A DNA stretch of 64,000 bases from Octopus sinensis (taxonomy: Eukaryota): assembly GCF_006345805.1 (NCBI RefSeq), contig NC_043005.1, positions 39,122,001 to 39,186,000 on the forward strand, in the 5' to 3' direction. The translations under genes and the position numbers were made by a program. Shown piece by piece: positions 26,601 through 39,608 of the stretch (the first letter of the stretch is position 1; each line of letters starts with the position of its first letter). The notes beneath the pieces are model-generated. The model was given only the letters and a program-made list of their open reading frames with translations, had not been told where the DNA came from and did no database searches.

Positions 26601-28176
26601 AATAATGTGGACTAACCTTATATATATATATATTCTTTGAGCTATAGGAACTTAAGTACGAAGGAGGACAGTTTTTCGATATCTTCCCAAAACACCTTGC
26701 AAATCTACCAGGCGTCGATGTGGTCGTATTTAAAAGGCCACTCACACCCTGGCAGGAATTACAAAGAATGGCAAAGTTGTATAGTTCACTACTATATTGG
26801 GATTAATTTCGGAGAGAGGGCTAGAAAATGAGTTTAAGTTTGAAATAAACAAACATTAACACTAATGATCAAGCCCCGGTATGGGCACAGCCTCTACCTG
26901 AAATCATATAAGACTAAAAGAAAGAAGAGAGTTTGAATAGAACACGACGATGTGAGAAATATTATGTCACATGAAGTGTAAGGCCCAATATACCGTTCTT
27001 CATTTACCGCTTACATACGCGTGTAGCACGCCCGTGTACACACACACACGCGCACATATGCGTATGTGTCCGTGTGTAGCTTCGTTTTATCTACGTCTGG
27101 GAATATTTGCGTGACTCTATGTTGTTAACCTGTGTATGTTAACTGCGTGTGATATATCCTTGACTTCGTTTGCTAGTCTATCTCAATTTCTTTAATCCGT
27201 ACTAATTTGCGCGCTCACACGTCCAATTATTCTATAGCCATCAAAACATCACGACATAACCAACTGAGATAATTTTAGCAAATCAATAGTTTACATTGTC
27301 TGGTATTTGGTATGCCTGTATTTCTCTATATACATGCCACTGACTATTGTATCGTTACTCTTAGCTCATTTGTATTTATGTTATACAAATCCCGTAGACT
27401 GAAAATATATTGACTTTTTGTATAAATCTGTCTCTTGTTACTGTAGGGTAAGGTCGAACAACTGTCGTGCTGATGACACCTATTAAAACAAACGTATCAA
27501 TGACTTCTCTGCTTCAAATCAATAAGTCTAACCTTTTCATGAATGGCCTGTCAACTTAGGAGACTACTTCAATTGTGTGATTATCACCTTTACTCAAATG
27601 GCACTAATTTTTGGCCTTTTCGTAATTACAACACATCTTCTAGAGGCGGAGATAATTTTGATAAATAAAAAAATTATGTTCTATGGTATTTGATACACCA
27701 GTATATGTCTATATTATTCAAATACATGCCAGAGTTATTTCTCTTCGCTCATGTTTGCTTTATATGTACATATGCATAAGTTTTTTGTTTACCTCTGCTC
27801 ATACTTTTGTCCAAAATCTTTGTGTGTAATGAAATATATCTAAAAGAGAAGAGAGAATAATTCGGAAGATTCAAAAATTATAATATGCTTTGTCAGTGGT
27901 AAGGTAGATAGAAGAAGGTTCCGCTGGTTAAGATAATAATTAATTAAGGTTACCTGGTGAGGCTAGAACAAGTAGTTCAGTGGAACCGGCTGTAAAGAGT
28001 TTACTCGGTGGGTTAAGAATGGACCCTGTATATATCCCACCGCTTCCATAAAGCTTGACCTTCAGCATAGCAAGTCGTGCGACTCTGAAACCTGAAGAGG
28101 ATACGAAAAAGGAATTGCAACATAATCATATGCTCATATATATGTATGTGTGAGTGTGTGTATGCATGCATGCATG

Positions 28177-28241
<65 letters not shown>

Positions 28242-28281
28242 CATATTGATAATAATAATAACAATGATGATGATAATAATG

Positions 28282-28338
<57 letters not shown>

Positions 28339-28339
<1 letters not shown>

Positions 28340-28963
28340 AAACGATTGGATGCTAAATATGGACCAAATGTCGGCATTATAAAATCAAAACCGCTGACAA
28401 TTGGTATAAACACCATCTTGAAGCTGTGACTGAGGGAGAAAATGTGTCGATTCTCTGGGACTTCCCGGTACATATCGACAAAACTATAAAAAACTAATAA
28501 ACCAGATATTATTATAAAAGATCAGATAGTAAAGATGTGTTTATTAATTGACATGATCACAATATAGCGGTGAAAGAATTTGACAATATCAGTAAATATA
28601 AAGACTTGCTAATAGAAATTGAAAAATATGGCATCTCAAGGCCACTACAGTACCAGTGAATTGTAGGATCTCTAGGAATGATAAAAAATATGCTGAAGCC
28701 TATTGGAAAATGATACCATGCTTACCATCCCTACAGGAAGTGCAACATATCGTGTTAACTGGAACGACTCATGTAATGAGAAGAGCATTATCGCAGTGAA
28801 AACAACATCCATTCATGAGTTTATGTATTTATTTATTTTTTAAATACATCTTTTACCTGTGAATTTGCGTGTGTAATATGTGAATGCATACAATGAGCTC
28901 CTCTGCTCTAGGTGTACGGAAAACACTCGGAGAGAAATGGAAGAAAATTTGAAGAAAGAAGAA
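28339..28963 (+). mobile_element. R4/Dong 3' fragment (degenerate endonuclease + 3' UTR)
   Basis: Homologous to 36221-36850 (EAVTEGENV...KPDIIIKD...EFDNISKYKDLLIEIEK); flanked by (AAT)n on both sides. Confidence 0.85.
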
Positions 28964-29003
<40 letters not shown>

Positions 29004-29139
29004 TAATAAATGATATTGCTGCTGCTACAATGATATTGCTGTTGCTACAACTACCGGGGCTGCTGCTGCTAAGGATGATAATGAGGCCCCTGTATGAAGA
29101 TTAGTGGTAATTTTTTTTTTTTATGAAAACTTAATAATA

Positions 29140-29882
29140 ATTTAACTTCACTTGAAAAGAAAATCTCTAACAGTACACCGAATCGCTTGTCCAATGGTTA
29201 TACAGGAAGCGCGCCCGTCAGGATGCTGCCAGCCTGATGGCGAAAAATTTTCAAACGGTAGAATATCTTCCCTGAATACGAACCTGGAAGGTCACTTAAA
29301 CGGGATTTGTCCCAAATTAAACCCCCAAAGTTCACCACCACAACGACCAGAAAATCAAAAATGTAAAAGAACTAAATGGACCGGGAAGAATATAAAGAGG
29401 TAATATATGCTTATTACTTTGCATTAAGTAGGCCAACCCAAGAGAAACACACCGCAAACTCCTACAGAATTTGGAGGAGCCGGAATCCAGCTAGCAGACC
29501 AAACCTGGATGAAAACAGATTAGCAAATGTTAGAAGAGATATCTTCAGAAATACCAGACTCACAGATGCAGAATTAACCTCTATTAAAAAAGTGGTAGAT
29601 AATGACCTAAATGAATAAAGAGAAAGATTCCAGGCTTACCATCCCTACAGGAAGTGCAAAAAATCGTATTAACTAGAACGGCTAATGTACTGAGAAGAGC
29701 ATTATCGCTGTGAAAACAACATCCATCCATGAATTTATTTATTTATTAATTTTTAAATACATATTTTACTTGTGAATTTGCGTGTGTAATCTGGGAATGC
29801 ATACAATGAGCTTCTCTGCCCTAGGTGTATGGAAAACACTCGGCGAGAAACGGAAGAAAATTTGAAGAAAGAAGGAAAAAAC
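29140..29882 (+). mobile_element. Internally deleted R4/Dong element (ORF N-terminus fused to extreme 3' end)
   Basis: KRTKWT...EEYKEVIYAYYFAL...YRIWRSRNP...DENRLANVRRDIFRNTRLTDAELTSIK (R4-type N-terminus) joined at ~29630 to CCAGGCTTACCATCCCTACAGGAAGTGC and the 3' UTR seen at 28720-28963; (AAT)n tail. Confidence 0.75.
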
Positions 29883-29953
<71 letters not shown>

Positions 29954-29972
29954 GATAATAATAATAATAATA

Positions 29973-30016
<44 letters not shown>

Positions 30017-30051
30017 TGATGATGATCATGATAATAATAATAATAATAATA

Positions 30052-30120
<69 letters not shown>

Positions 30121-30150
30121 TAATTCTTTTATATTAATAATAATAATAAT
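29883..30150. repeat. (AAT)n array
   Basis: Direct inspection. Confidence 0.97.
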
Positions 30151-30459
30151 AAACTTAGTATAGATAACACAAAGTAGTGTTCAAATGGAAGTGATCTTAG
30201 ACTCCAAATACTTCCTCCTGGGCCGGCGCCCCATCATCTAGCGCTAGCTACAAGAACAAGCTTTATCAAGCTGTTATGGAAACAGTAACTTAGTAAACGC
30301 AGTTAGACTTGAGACGTATATTTACATGGAGAACAAAAGATACGTTACAATATATATAGAAAAAAAGAAAACAAAATAGGAGTAGATATGTGTCTTTTAC
30401 GTATTGTTTTCTTATTTCATAATTTTGTAATCTCCCTTATGTGCTCCAGCTTCACTGTG

Positions 30460-31100
30460 TTTATCTACCTTATGACCTCTTTCCGTCTCTGTAAAATCAC
30501 TTCCGGATCTGACGTCTCTTTTTATATAGGTAGTTCTTCATCTCAGTTGTCCAAAAGAATTTCTAATCATTACTCTACATTTAGACATATGAATAAACAC
30601 AACAATACCTGGCTTAGCAAATTAATTTGGTATCTAAAGAATCGTAATAAACAATTTGATTTAAAATGGAATATTCTATCTAAATCATTTCCGCATGATA
30701 AAGGTAAATCTTTCTGTCCGCTTAGTAACATTGATATATATCTTATCCTGTTCTCAGAGAATACTGTTGTAAACACGATTAAAAAACTCATTTATCGCTG
30801 CAAACATTGGTAAAAACATACCTTTAGTTCCTATAAGTGATTTCTACCATACAATAAAATTCGACTTTTAACTGTCTTCCTACATTTTACTTCCACTGCT
30901 TATATATCTACTTCCAAGCCTTTAAGCCTTATTCCTATTCACCTATTCCTCTATATCCCTCTACTATTGGTTTTCTACTAATTTCTTTCTTCCTCCTCCT
31001 TCCTTTTCAACAAACTGCCTTTGACGTTATATCTATTTTTTATCAAGATTTATATGTACCCTACTGAGGTGTGAGAAACTCGAAACCAGCGATCCAAGCT
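30460..31100 (+). mobile_element. Penelope-like (Neptune-type) 3' fragment with GIY-YIG remnant (in ORF 30388-30813)
   Basis: VFIY...FYIGSSSSQLSKRISNHYSTFRH...TWLSKLIWYLK...LKWNILSKS...FCPLS...YRCKHW; possible decayed hammerhead CTGAGGT-GTGAGAAACTC-GAAAC near 31063-31087. Confidence 0.75.
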
Positions 31101-31204
31101 TTACATAGTCAATCCAAACAAGAACTAGCAAGAAAAAGCAACAGTAGGAGGACGTAGAATAAGTACAGTGTTACTGGACGCTCAGGAAAGGTAAGAAATG
31201 AAAT

Positions 31205-31242
31205 AGGATTTCACGTTTCGAGCGAAGCCCTTCATTAGAAAT
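31205..31242 (-). ncRNA. Degenerate hammerhead motif of a different family
   Basis: Minus strand ATTT-CTAATGA-A-GGGC-TTC-GCTC-GAAA-CGT-G-AAAT; two core deviations (G5 to A, cleavage base G). Confidence 0.5.
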
Positions 31243-31984
31243 ATAGAAAAGGTCCAAAGAAGGGAAGACGGAAAAAGAAAATCGCCAACGGTACACACGT
31301 GGTTGCATACTGAAATGACCAGAAGGGAATGGGTGAAGAAAATTTCTTTCTAAGACAGGAGAGTGGAAGAGAAGGAGGTATGTGTGGGTATGTGCTTGCG
31401 CGCACGTCTGTGTGTGTGTGTGTAATGATAGCACAAGTATGTGCGTATGTGAGTGTGTGTGTGTGGTTGTAGCTGTTTATGTATGTGTGTGGTTGGACTT
31501 AGTGTCGCTTAAGGCCATAGGAAGAATTTACAGTAAGAATTTTGGTAGGAGTGGCTGTCTGTTGTGTGTTTCCCTACCCACGTGCGTAGGAGAATGGTCA
31601 GTTTGACTGGTAGTTTGAAGTATGTGTGTGTGCGTGTATGTATATGCTGAGTGAGTGTGTATGTATGCGTGAGGTTGTGTGTGGGGTTGTGTCTGTGGAG
31701 TAAATGTACGTTACTCTGTGTGTGTGCGTGTATGTATGTGTGTTGTATGTATGGGAGGTGTGTGGGTTCATTTGCGTGTGCATTTATGCGTATGTGTGCG
31801 CGTGTGACTGTATATGCGTGTGTACATATGTGTGTATGTATGTGCATATGTATTTTGCGTGTGATGCACACACGTATATGAAAGCTTAGATGTACCCGAC
31901 TGGGGTATGAAATGCTCGAAACCACCGACCTAAGCCAGCACGGAGGCCAGAGATTAAATGACATTGTTATACACTGTGTTTGTG

Positions 31985-32079
<95 letters not shown>

Positions 32080-32620
32080 TGTGTGTACGCATATTTTATT
32101 TACAGCTGATTGCAAAATCTACTCTAGGACGTTGAGATACTTATGCGGCTTCACGTATCTAAGAAAAATATAAATTTTTTACATTAAGTATCAAGATTGA
32201 TATTTCAGTGTTTGAATAAAATACCTTAATCAGGTAAAGAAATACAAATGCTTTAACACAACTTACGGGAGAGAACCTCTTGTTTTCAATAAACAGTATA
32301 ATTTCAAATCACCAATGCAAGACGAAATGACAGATTCATCTGTACTAAATTTAAGCCGTAAGCTAATAAGCTTAAGCTAGGATTGTTAATACCGGGGACT
32401 TGTCAATGAGAAACCCCGTCTACACAACATCAATGTACTGTAATATATATATATATTATAGAAAGAGACGGAAATAATTTGTAAGATCACCGCTTACAGG
32501 AAACAAATCCTGTGACAACTGCCAACTGAATAGCTATGTGGCAAACAGATAAATACACGCCATCTTAAATATATACATACATACACACATATACAGACAT
32601 AAATACTACTAATAATAATA

Positions 32621-33167
32621 ACTGCCTGATTGAGCAATAGGAGGCACTGGATCTCATGACTTCTCATCTTAATTGATTCGAAGTGTTAGCATTTATATTG
32701 TCTTGATATAAAAGATAGGTCACAGCAAATATTCTGCGCAATACCACATATTTGTTTGTCAGTTGTTTGACCTTAACTGCTTGAGCATGTCCCTTTTTTG
32801 CTGATGATATGTGCATCTCTGATCACGAGCATGACGAATGGGGGAGCATCATAGCCTTGTGTTGAGAGGAATTCATTTGGGTTTGAATAATTCACCTTTG
32901 AAATTATGGATATTTCGTTCAACATCCTTAAACATCTTTATTCAAGGACCTCTTGAGCGGGATGGGCTACTCAACTTGAAAAAATTCTAACTGGGTCCCA
33001 CTTGTAAGATGTTTATCCTGATATGAGTTTAGTATGTTGCGTACATGTGGTTGTAATGCATGTGGCTGGTGTACCTTTATCAGACGGGTAGACATGATAG
33101 GTATACTGGGCTTTGTATATTTGCACCCCAGTGTCACTTTGGTGGCATGCACTGGTCTCTCACTCAA
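32621..33167 (+). mobile_element. Non-coding (TAA)n-embedded interspersed element, copy 1 (diverged)
   Basis: Colinear with reverse complements of 34795-35340 and 35700-36194; starts and ends in AAT repeats; orientation arbitrary. Confidence 0.8.
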
Positions 33168-33211
33168 TGTTATTTGTAATAATAATAATAACAATAACAA
33201 GTCATAATAAT

Positions 33212-33273
<62 letters not shown>

Positions 33274-33299
33274 TAATAATAATAAGAAGAAGAAGAAGA

Positions 33300-33588
33300 A
33301 TAATAACAAGAAAGCATCATACTCAGAAAACAAGAAAGCATCATACTCAGTAACAAAACAAGCAAAGGAATATCTAAATGAATTCCGAATACAACCAATT
33401 TCGGAATTAGAGATAGACATACAAGAAACAAGCACAGAAAAAGCTAGGCGCATGAAAACCCGTGCCAAAAGTACGGCCTTAGATATTCTGAATAATAAAT
33501 GGCAAGAAAAACCTCTCTATGGCAAATACCCAAAGAGAGCGAATAATGCAGATATTGACAAAGCCCTGACCCATCAATGGCTAATGTA
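33300..33588 (+). mobile_element. R4/Dong internal fragment
   Basis: AKEYLNEF...KARRMKTRAK...NKWQEKPLYGKYPKRANNADIDKALTHQWL aligns to WEEKPLHGKY...ADVDQKQTHQWL of the 36.5-kb ORF; preceded by (AAT)n. Confidence 0.8.
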
Positions 33589-34794
33589 TTGTTTATGGAA
33601 CTTATGATATTAGGAATTATACAAAGTTTACCAGAAAAACATGCAACACGAGCAAAAGCAGAAATAGTAATAATAGTAGTAATAATAACTGTAAATGTAG
33701 ATATAGCTATTATAAAAAAAATTAACCAGCATTATCTCGACCTTAAAATATCCCGTCCGTACTGCTAAGCTTAGACTTGCTCGCAGTGAATTATTTCGCA
33801 AACCTTGTTCAGTTTCGCTAAAACCTTTCCACATTAGCTATATGAAGACGCCACCTGCTAACATCACTAGCACCACAACAACGACCGTGTAAAATATGGA
33901 CAAAAAAGAGCTTTTGTATTTTAGAAGGCCATTGGAGTGGCGCTAATATAGTTAGGCATGTGGTAACGATGTCTTTATATAGTTAAAGTGGGAAGGTATT
34001 TTTTGTTTTGTTTTTGTTTTTGGCAGCAGTCTGTATGAGAGAAATGTATTTGCTAAATATTACTGTCAAACGCCACTTAAACCATATTTACTTTCATTAG
34101 AAGCTGATTTAGTTTTATCAAATGATTCTCTATCTTTATAGAAGCCTAGGTCGTCATCAAATATCTTCCCATGTTGTTAAACCAAAATATTTATTACTGT
34201 CGAGATATTTATGAGATATACTTCTTTTAGTTAGCAATCTTCTTCGCGCGCGTTTTCTCCTCACATGCTAAATGGATTTCAAAGACAAGAATCTACTTTG
34301 AGTGGTTAATCATACGAAACAATGAGTCGTTTCTAAAATATATCATTACCTCGACTATGTTGTTGCATAGCAAACACAGATCGTATAAGCATGTTATTAA
34401 TAGTGCCGAAGAAGAAAAAAATACGTTTAACAACCTATCGAGACGGTTATGATTTATCAATTTTCAAACTAAGCTAAGTCATTTTGAGTTTTATGCTGTC
34501 TTTCATATCATATTTTTATTTTTTCTTTATTTATTTATTCTTTTTTGCTTTATTTTAACTTTTATTCATATTTTAGCGTTTCTTTTTTTTTCCTTTTGTT
34601 GCCAAGGAAGTCATTTATTCCTTCCGAAACTAATTTCGTCATTTTTTTCCATAGACAGTTAATTCCCAAACTGCCGCTAATTACCATCAGTTTTATAACG
34701 AATACAAAAATCTACAGAACACCATTCAGACCGACAACAGTACAAGTATGATAATTGCACCTAATATTACATTATCATGAATATTATTACTATC

Positions 34795-35340
34795 ATTCAG
34801 TGAGATAGCAATGCATGCCATCAAAGTAACACTGGAGTACAAATATACGAAGCCTAATATACCCATCATGACTGCCTGTCGGATAAGAGTACACTAGGCA
34901 CATGCATCACAACAATATGTGCACGACATAGTGATCTCATATCAAGATAGACAGTGCATGACCATGCAAGTGGGGCTCCATGTAGAATTTTCCTCAGTTC
35001 GAGTAGCCCAACCCGCTCAAAACGTTCCTGGATAAGGTTTGTTTAGGGATGATGAACGAAACATCCATGTTTCCAGAGGTTAATTATTCAAACGCCAAAG
35101 AATACCTCTCAACACATCGCTATGATGCTCTGCAACTACTCCTGAGAACGATCAGAGATGCACATATCGTCAGCCACTAAGAGACATGCTCAACTGGTTA
35201 TGGTCAAGCAACTGACAAGCAAAACTGTGGTAATGAGCAGAATATTTGTTGTAGCCCGTCTTTTACACCAAGGAAAAACATGTACTGATAACACTTCCAA
35301 TCAGATGAGAAGCCATGAGAGCAACTGCCTGGTACTGCTT
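34795..35340 (-). mobile_element. Non-coding (TAA)n-embedded element, copy 2
   Basis: Homologous end to end with 35700-36194. Confidence 0.8.
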
Positions 35341-35424
35341 GTTGTTGTTGTTGTTGTTGTTGTTGTTATCATCATCATCATCATCATCGTCATCATCATC
35401 ATCATCATCATAGACATCGCACAG

Positions 35425-35654
35425 TATACAATATCGTTAGGCACTCTTGTTTGTCCTTCCTAAAGGCCTTCGGCACTCTAATACGTTTTCTGTCTGGAAG
35501 TCATCGTTGTTAAATCCTTCTATATTAGCAGCATACTACAGCAGGTCTAGTTTGTTGTTTACCAAATTTTCTGCCATATTTCTTCTTTCCTTGTTGATGC
35601 GCACCCATACATTAATCAGCCCACGTCCACGTTTGCTCATGTTCAAGTAGAGCA

Positions 35655-35655
<1 letters not shown>
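35425..35655 (-). mobile_element. R4/Dong RT C-terminal fragment
   Basis: Minus strand LYLNMSKRGRGLISV resembles the RLYxxRxxGGRGL motif of RLE-type LINEs; adjoins (TAA)n. Confidence 0.55.
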
Positions 35656-35699
<44 letters not shown>

Positions 35700-35701
<2 letters not shown>

Positions 35702-36194
35702 GAGTGAGAGAGCAGTTCATGCCATCAAAGTGACACTGGGGTAAAATATACGAAGCCCAATATACCCATCATGACTACCCATCTGATAAGGGTACACCAG
35801 GCACATGCATCACAACCATATGTCCGCGACTTGGTGATCTCATATCAAGATAAACAGCGCATGACCTTGCAGGTGGGGCCCAGTTAGAATTTTCTTCAGG
35901 TTGAGTAGCCCATCTCGCTCAAAAGGTCCCTGAATAAGGGTTGTTTAAGGATGTTGAAAGAACCACCCATGTTTCCAGAGGTGAATTATTCAAACCCCAA
36001 AGAATCCCTCTCAACACACGGCTATGATGCTCCCCCACTACTTCTGCTCGTGATCAAAGATGTACATATCGTCAGCCACTAAGGGACATGCTCAACTGGT
36101 TAAGGTCAAACAACTGACAAAACAACGTACATGATAACACTTCCAATCAGTTAAGATCAGAAGCCATGAGAGCCTGGTACTGCATCAGGGCATT
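35700..36194 (-). mobile_element. Non-coding (TAA)n-embedded element, copy 3 (internal ~60-bp deletion)
   Basis: (TAT)n immediately at both ends; homologous to the other two copies. Confidence 0.85.
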
Positions 36195-36220
36195 TATTAT
36201 TATTATTATTATTATTATTA

Positions 36221-37416
36221 CTTTTTTTTTCTTCTTTCAAATTTGCTTCCATTTCTTGCTGAGTGTCTTCCCGACTCCTAGGGCAAAGAAACTCATAGTG
36301 TACATTGGTAGGCCATTAAACCAAGCTCAATAGTTCATTCATTTTTTTTTTTTTAAAGTTAAATTAAAATACATGAGCAGCAACAGTTCTCACATCGACA
36401 ATGCTCTTCTCAATACGTGTGATGTACCAGTTAAGACAATCTTTTGCACTTCTTGCAGGGATGGTAAGCCAGGGATCATTCTCATATAATTTTCGGTTCC
36501 CTTCTTGATCATTCCTAGTGCTCCTACGTTCCCTTCTTGATCATTCCTATTGTAACCGCCTTGAGATGCCACATTTTCTCAATTTCAATGAGTAGGTCTT
36601 TATATTTTCTGAGCTTGTCAAACTCTTTCGCTGAGATATTATGATCACAGGGGATGCTCATGTCGATCAATAAGCAAACTTTATTGTTTTGGTCTTTCAC
36701 AACAATATCTGGTTTATTGGCCTTGATGGTTCGGTCTGTATGTACTGGAAAGTCCCACAGAATGGTTACATTTTCTCCTTCAGTTACAGCCTCAGGGTGG
36801 TGATTATACCACTTGTCGGCAGTTTTGATATTGTAATGCCGACTTATTAGCCAGTGTAGATATCGGCCAAATCTGTCATGTCTTAATTTATACTCCACTG
36901 TTGCTAAGACTTTACATCCAGAGATTAGGTGGTCCACTGTTTCAATCATGTCGTTGCAGAATCGGCATTTTGGGTCTGCTCCATTTTTCGTCACATTGGC
37001 CTGGTAGTTCCGGGTTAATAGGCTTTGATCTAGAGCAGCCAGGATGAAACCTTCGCTCTCTGCTTTTAGCCCTGAGCTCCGTAGCCACTGATGGGTTTGC
37101 TTCTGGTCAACATCAGCTTGTTTGCTGCAGGTCACATATTTGCCGTGCAGAGGTTTCTCCTCCCACCTATCAGCCAATTGCTCGTGCGCTTTTTTCGTTG
37201 CCATTATTTTCACCTTCTTTGCAACAGTAGTTGCCGTACTTCCCTCGGGTTGTTCAGTTTGGGTATCCTGCACGAGATCAATAGCAAATTTGTTGCTTTC
37301 CTTTACGATAGAATGAAGCTTCTTTCGTCTCTCGTGATTTTCCACGAGATTTAGCATCCAGTCATTCGATATTTCGAGATATTTGGCCAGTTCAATTGTG
37401 GTTGTTTTGTAAGCTA

Positions 37417-37418
<2 letters not shown>
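36221..37418 (-). mobile_element. R4/Dong-clade non-LTR retrotransposon 3' fragment (CCHC knuckle + restriction-like endonuclease)
   Basis: ORF 36524-37357: QWLRSSGLKAESEGFILAALDQ...CRFCNDMIETVDHLISGC...RHD...WDFPVHTDRTIKANKPDIVVKD...LIDMSIP...KLRKYKDL; 36390-36572 continues LQEVQKIVLTGTSHVLRRALSM*; (TAA)n at both ends. Confidence 0.92.
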
Positions 37419-37640
<222 letters not shown>

Positions 37641-37674
37641 TATGATAGTCATTGATATTCCAAATTCGGTGATC

Positions 37675-37850
37675 TGGTAGAGTCATTAGCATGCCGAGCA
37701 GTCTTTACTTTCTGAGTTCGAATTCTGCAGAGATCGACTTTGCGTTTTATCCTTTCGTGATTGATAAAATAAGTATCTGTTGATTACTGGGGTCACAATA
37801 ATCGACTTACCCCCTCACCCGGAATTGCAGACCTTGTTCCAAAATTAGAT
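37675..37850 (+). mobile_element. SINE family D
   Basis: TCTGAGTTCGAATTCTGCAGAGATCGACTTTGCG...GATAAAATAAGTA...CTGGGGTC. Confidence 0.65.
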
Positions 37851-37938
37851 ACCATTCTCTTCTTCTTCTTCTTCTTCTTCTTCTTCTTCTTCTTCTTCTT
37901 CTTCTTCTTCTTCTCTTCTTCTTCTTCTTCTTCTTCTG

Positions 37939-37994
<56 letters not shown>

Positions 37995-38354
37995 AAGCAC
38001 AATCTCTAAAATATTTTGCTAGCATCTCGAGGATGTGTCGTGATGTATTTTTCATTCTTAGATATGTTATCATTGGTGTTGGGGTTAAGGAACCTGACTG
38101 GTTTATATATCTTAGTCTCCACGTCACAGTTTAAAATAACACTATATATAATGGGTACTACGAATACATATCATGCTAAGGATAATAAACTAAATACCAA
38201 TACAATCGAAATTAACATTCTGCCGAGTTCCTGTTTGCCTTTCATCGTTTCGAGATCGATAAAATATATAACAGTTGGACATTGGGGTCGATATTATTAT
38301 TAGTTTTATTATTATTATTATTATTATTACTTATTATTATTATTATTATTATTA

Positions 38355-38765
38355 TTATTCTATGTTTGACTTTTGCTTTATATTTGTACAAGTTGGCTCC
38401 AAGTCTCACCCAGAGACCTCAAGAGACAACAGGGTTGGAAGTTCATGTTGTTGTTATGCCTAGTGTGCCATATATTTGGGGGGTGGGGGTGTTGTACTAA
38501 TGAATGTCTAAAAAAAAAGTTTTTTTTTTTTTTTAAACCGAAAATTATGTTTGTTTTAAACCTTGAGATTACATAGAAAGTATTTTGCGTAGGATATGAG
38601 CAGTTCCCATGAGCACTATCTTTTGAATTTCTGCCATTTTTGGGTTTCCTGGTATCTGAGTTAGGTAGCTATCTGCCCCTTTTGCTATCATTCCCAGGGC
38701 ACCTATGACAACAGGTATTGTTTTAGTCTTCAGCTTCCACATTTTGCTGATTTCTATTTCAAGAT
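38355..38765 (-). mobile_element. R4/Dong 3' end of a second subfamily
   Basis: IEISKMWKLKTKTIPVVIGALGMIAKGADSYLTQIPGNPKMAEIQKIVLMGTAHILRKILSM*; different 3' UTR; (TAA)n both sides. Confidence 0.85.
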
Positions 38766-38770
38766 CTTTA

Positions 38771-38827
<57 letters not shown>

Positions 38828-38829
38828 AC

Positions 38830-38889
<60 letters not shown>

Positions 38890-38909
<20 letters not shown>

Positions 38910-39110
38910 GAGGTGGAAAGTTAGCAGAGTCGTTAGCATGCAGGGAAAATGCTTCCAGCATTTATTTCGGCACTTTACAACTTGAGTTCAAATGCTGCCA
39001 ATTTTGAACCTGCTTTCATCATCATTCCGGGGATGAAAAACAAGTGGGGTCGATGTAACCAATTTCTTCTCCCCTCAAAATTGCTGGCCCAGTGCCAAAA
39101 TTCCAAAGAA
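38890..39110 (+). mobile_element. SINE family D
   Basis: GCAGAGTCGTTAGCATGC...GAGTTCAAATGCTGCC...TGGGGTCGATGTAA. Confidence 0.6.
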
Positions 39111-39508
39111 TTATTGTTCTTATTACAACAGATTTATTTCTATTTCCTAAGCTAAACTACGAATCATGTATTATCACCGAGAAATGTATTTGTTGGCGTG
39201 TTGTTCTTGTTGGCAAGAATGAAGAAACTGAAATCTTGTGCATACCTACTGAATAATTCATGTTTGCCTCAATGTAAGTGAACGCATCCTGGTGCTCAAT
39301 GAAATAGATTCTAGGAAGACATTGCAGCGCTGCCTTATTTGAAATGGAAAACACTACAGCGAATTCATGAAGAAGTAGCCGTAGAATAGATTAGCTCCCT
39401 CCAACTCCCAACATTATTCAATACTTGCAAATCTTGTAGCTTTGAAGAAGCAAAATTTCAACTGATATTGCAACAGCACCACCACCAACAACAACAATAT
39501 ACACACAC

Positions 39509-39568
<60 letters not shown>

Positions 39569-39577
39569 TTCTGTATA

Positions 39578-39608
<31 letters not shown>

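Noticed and set aside
26648-26831. Branch-point/acceptor followed by ELKYEGGQFFDIFPKHLANLPGVDVVVFKRP...
   Set aside because: Two frames are open, no good donor, resemblance to UBC YEGG motif does not extend.
39246-39310. 65-nt minus-strand exon candidate (IYFIEHQDAFTYIEANMNYSV)
   Set aside because: Plausible splice sites but short and unrecognised; cannot be separated from chance.
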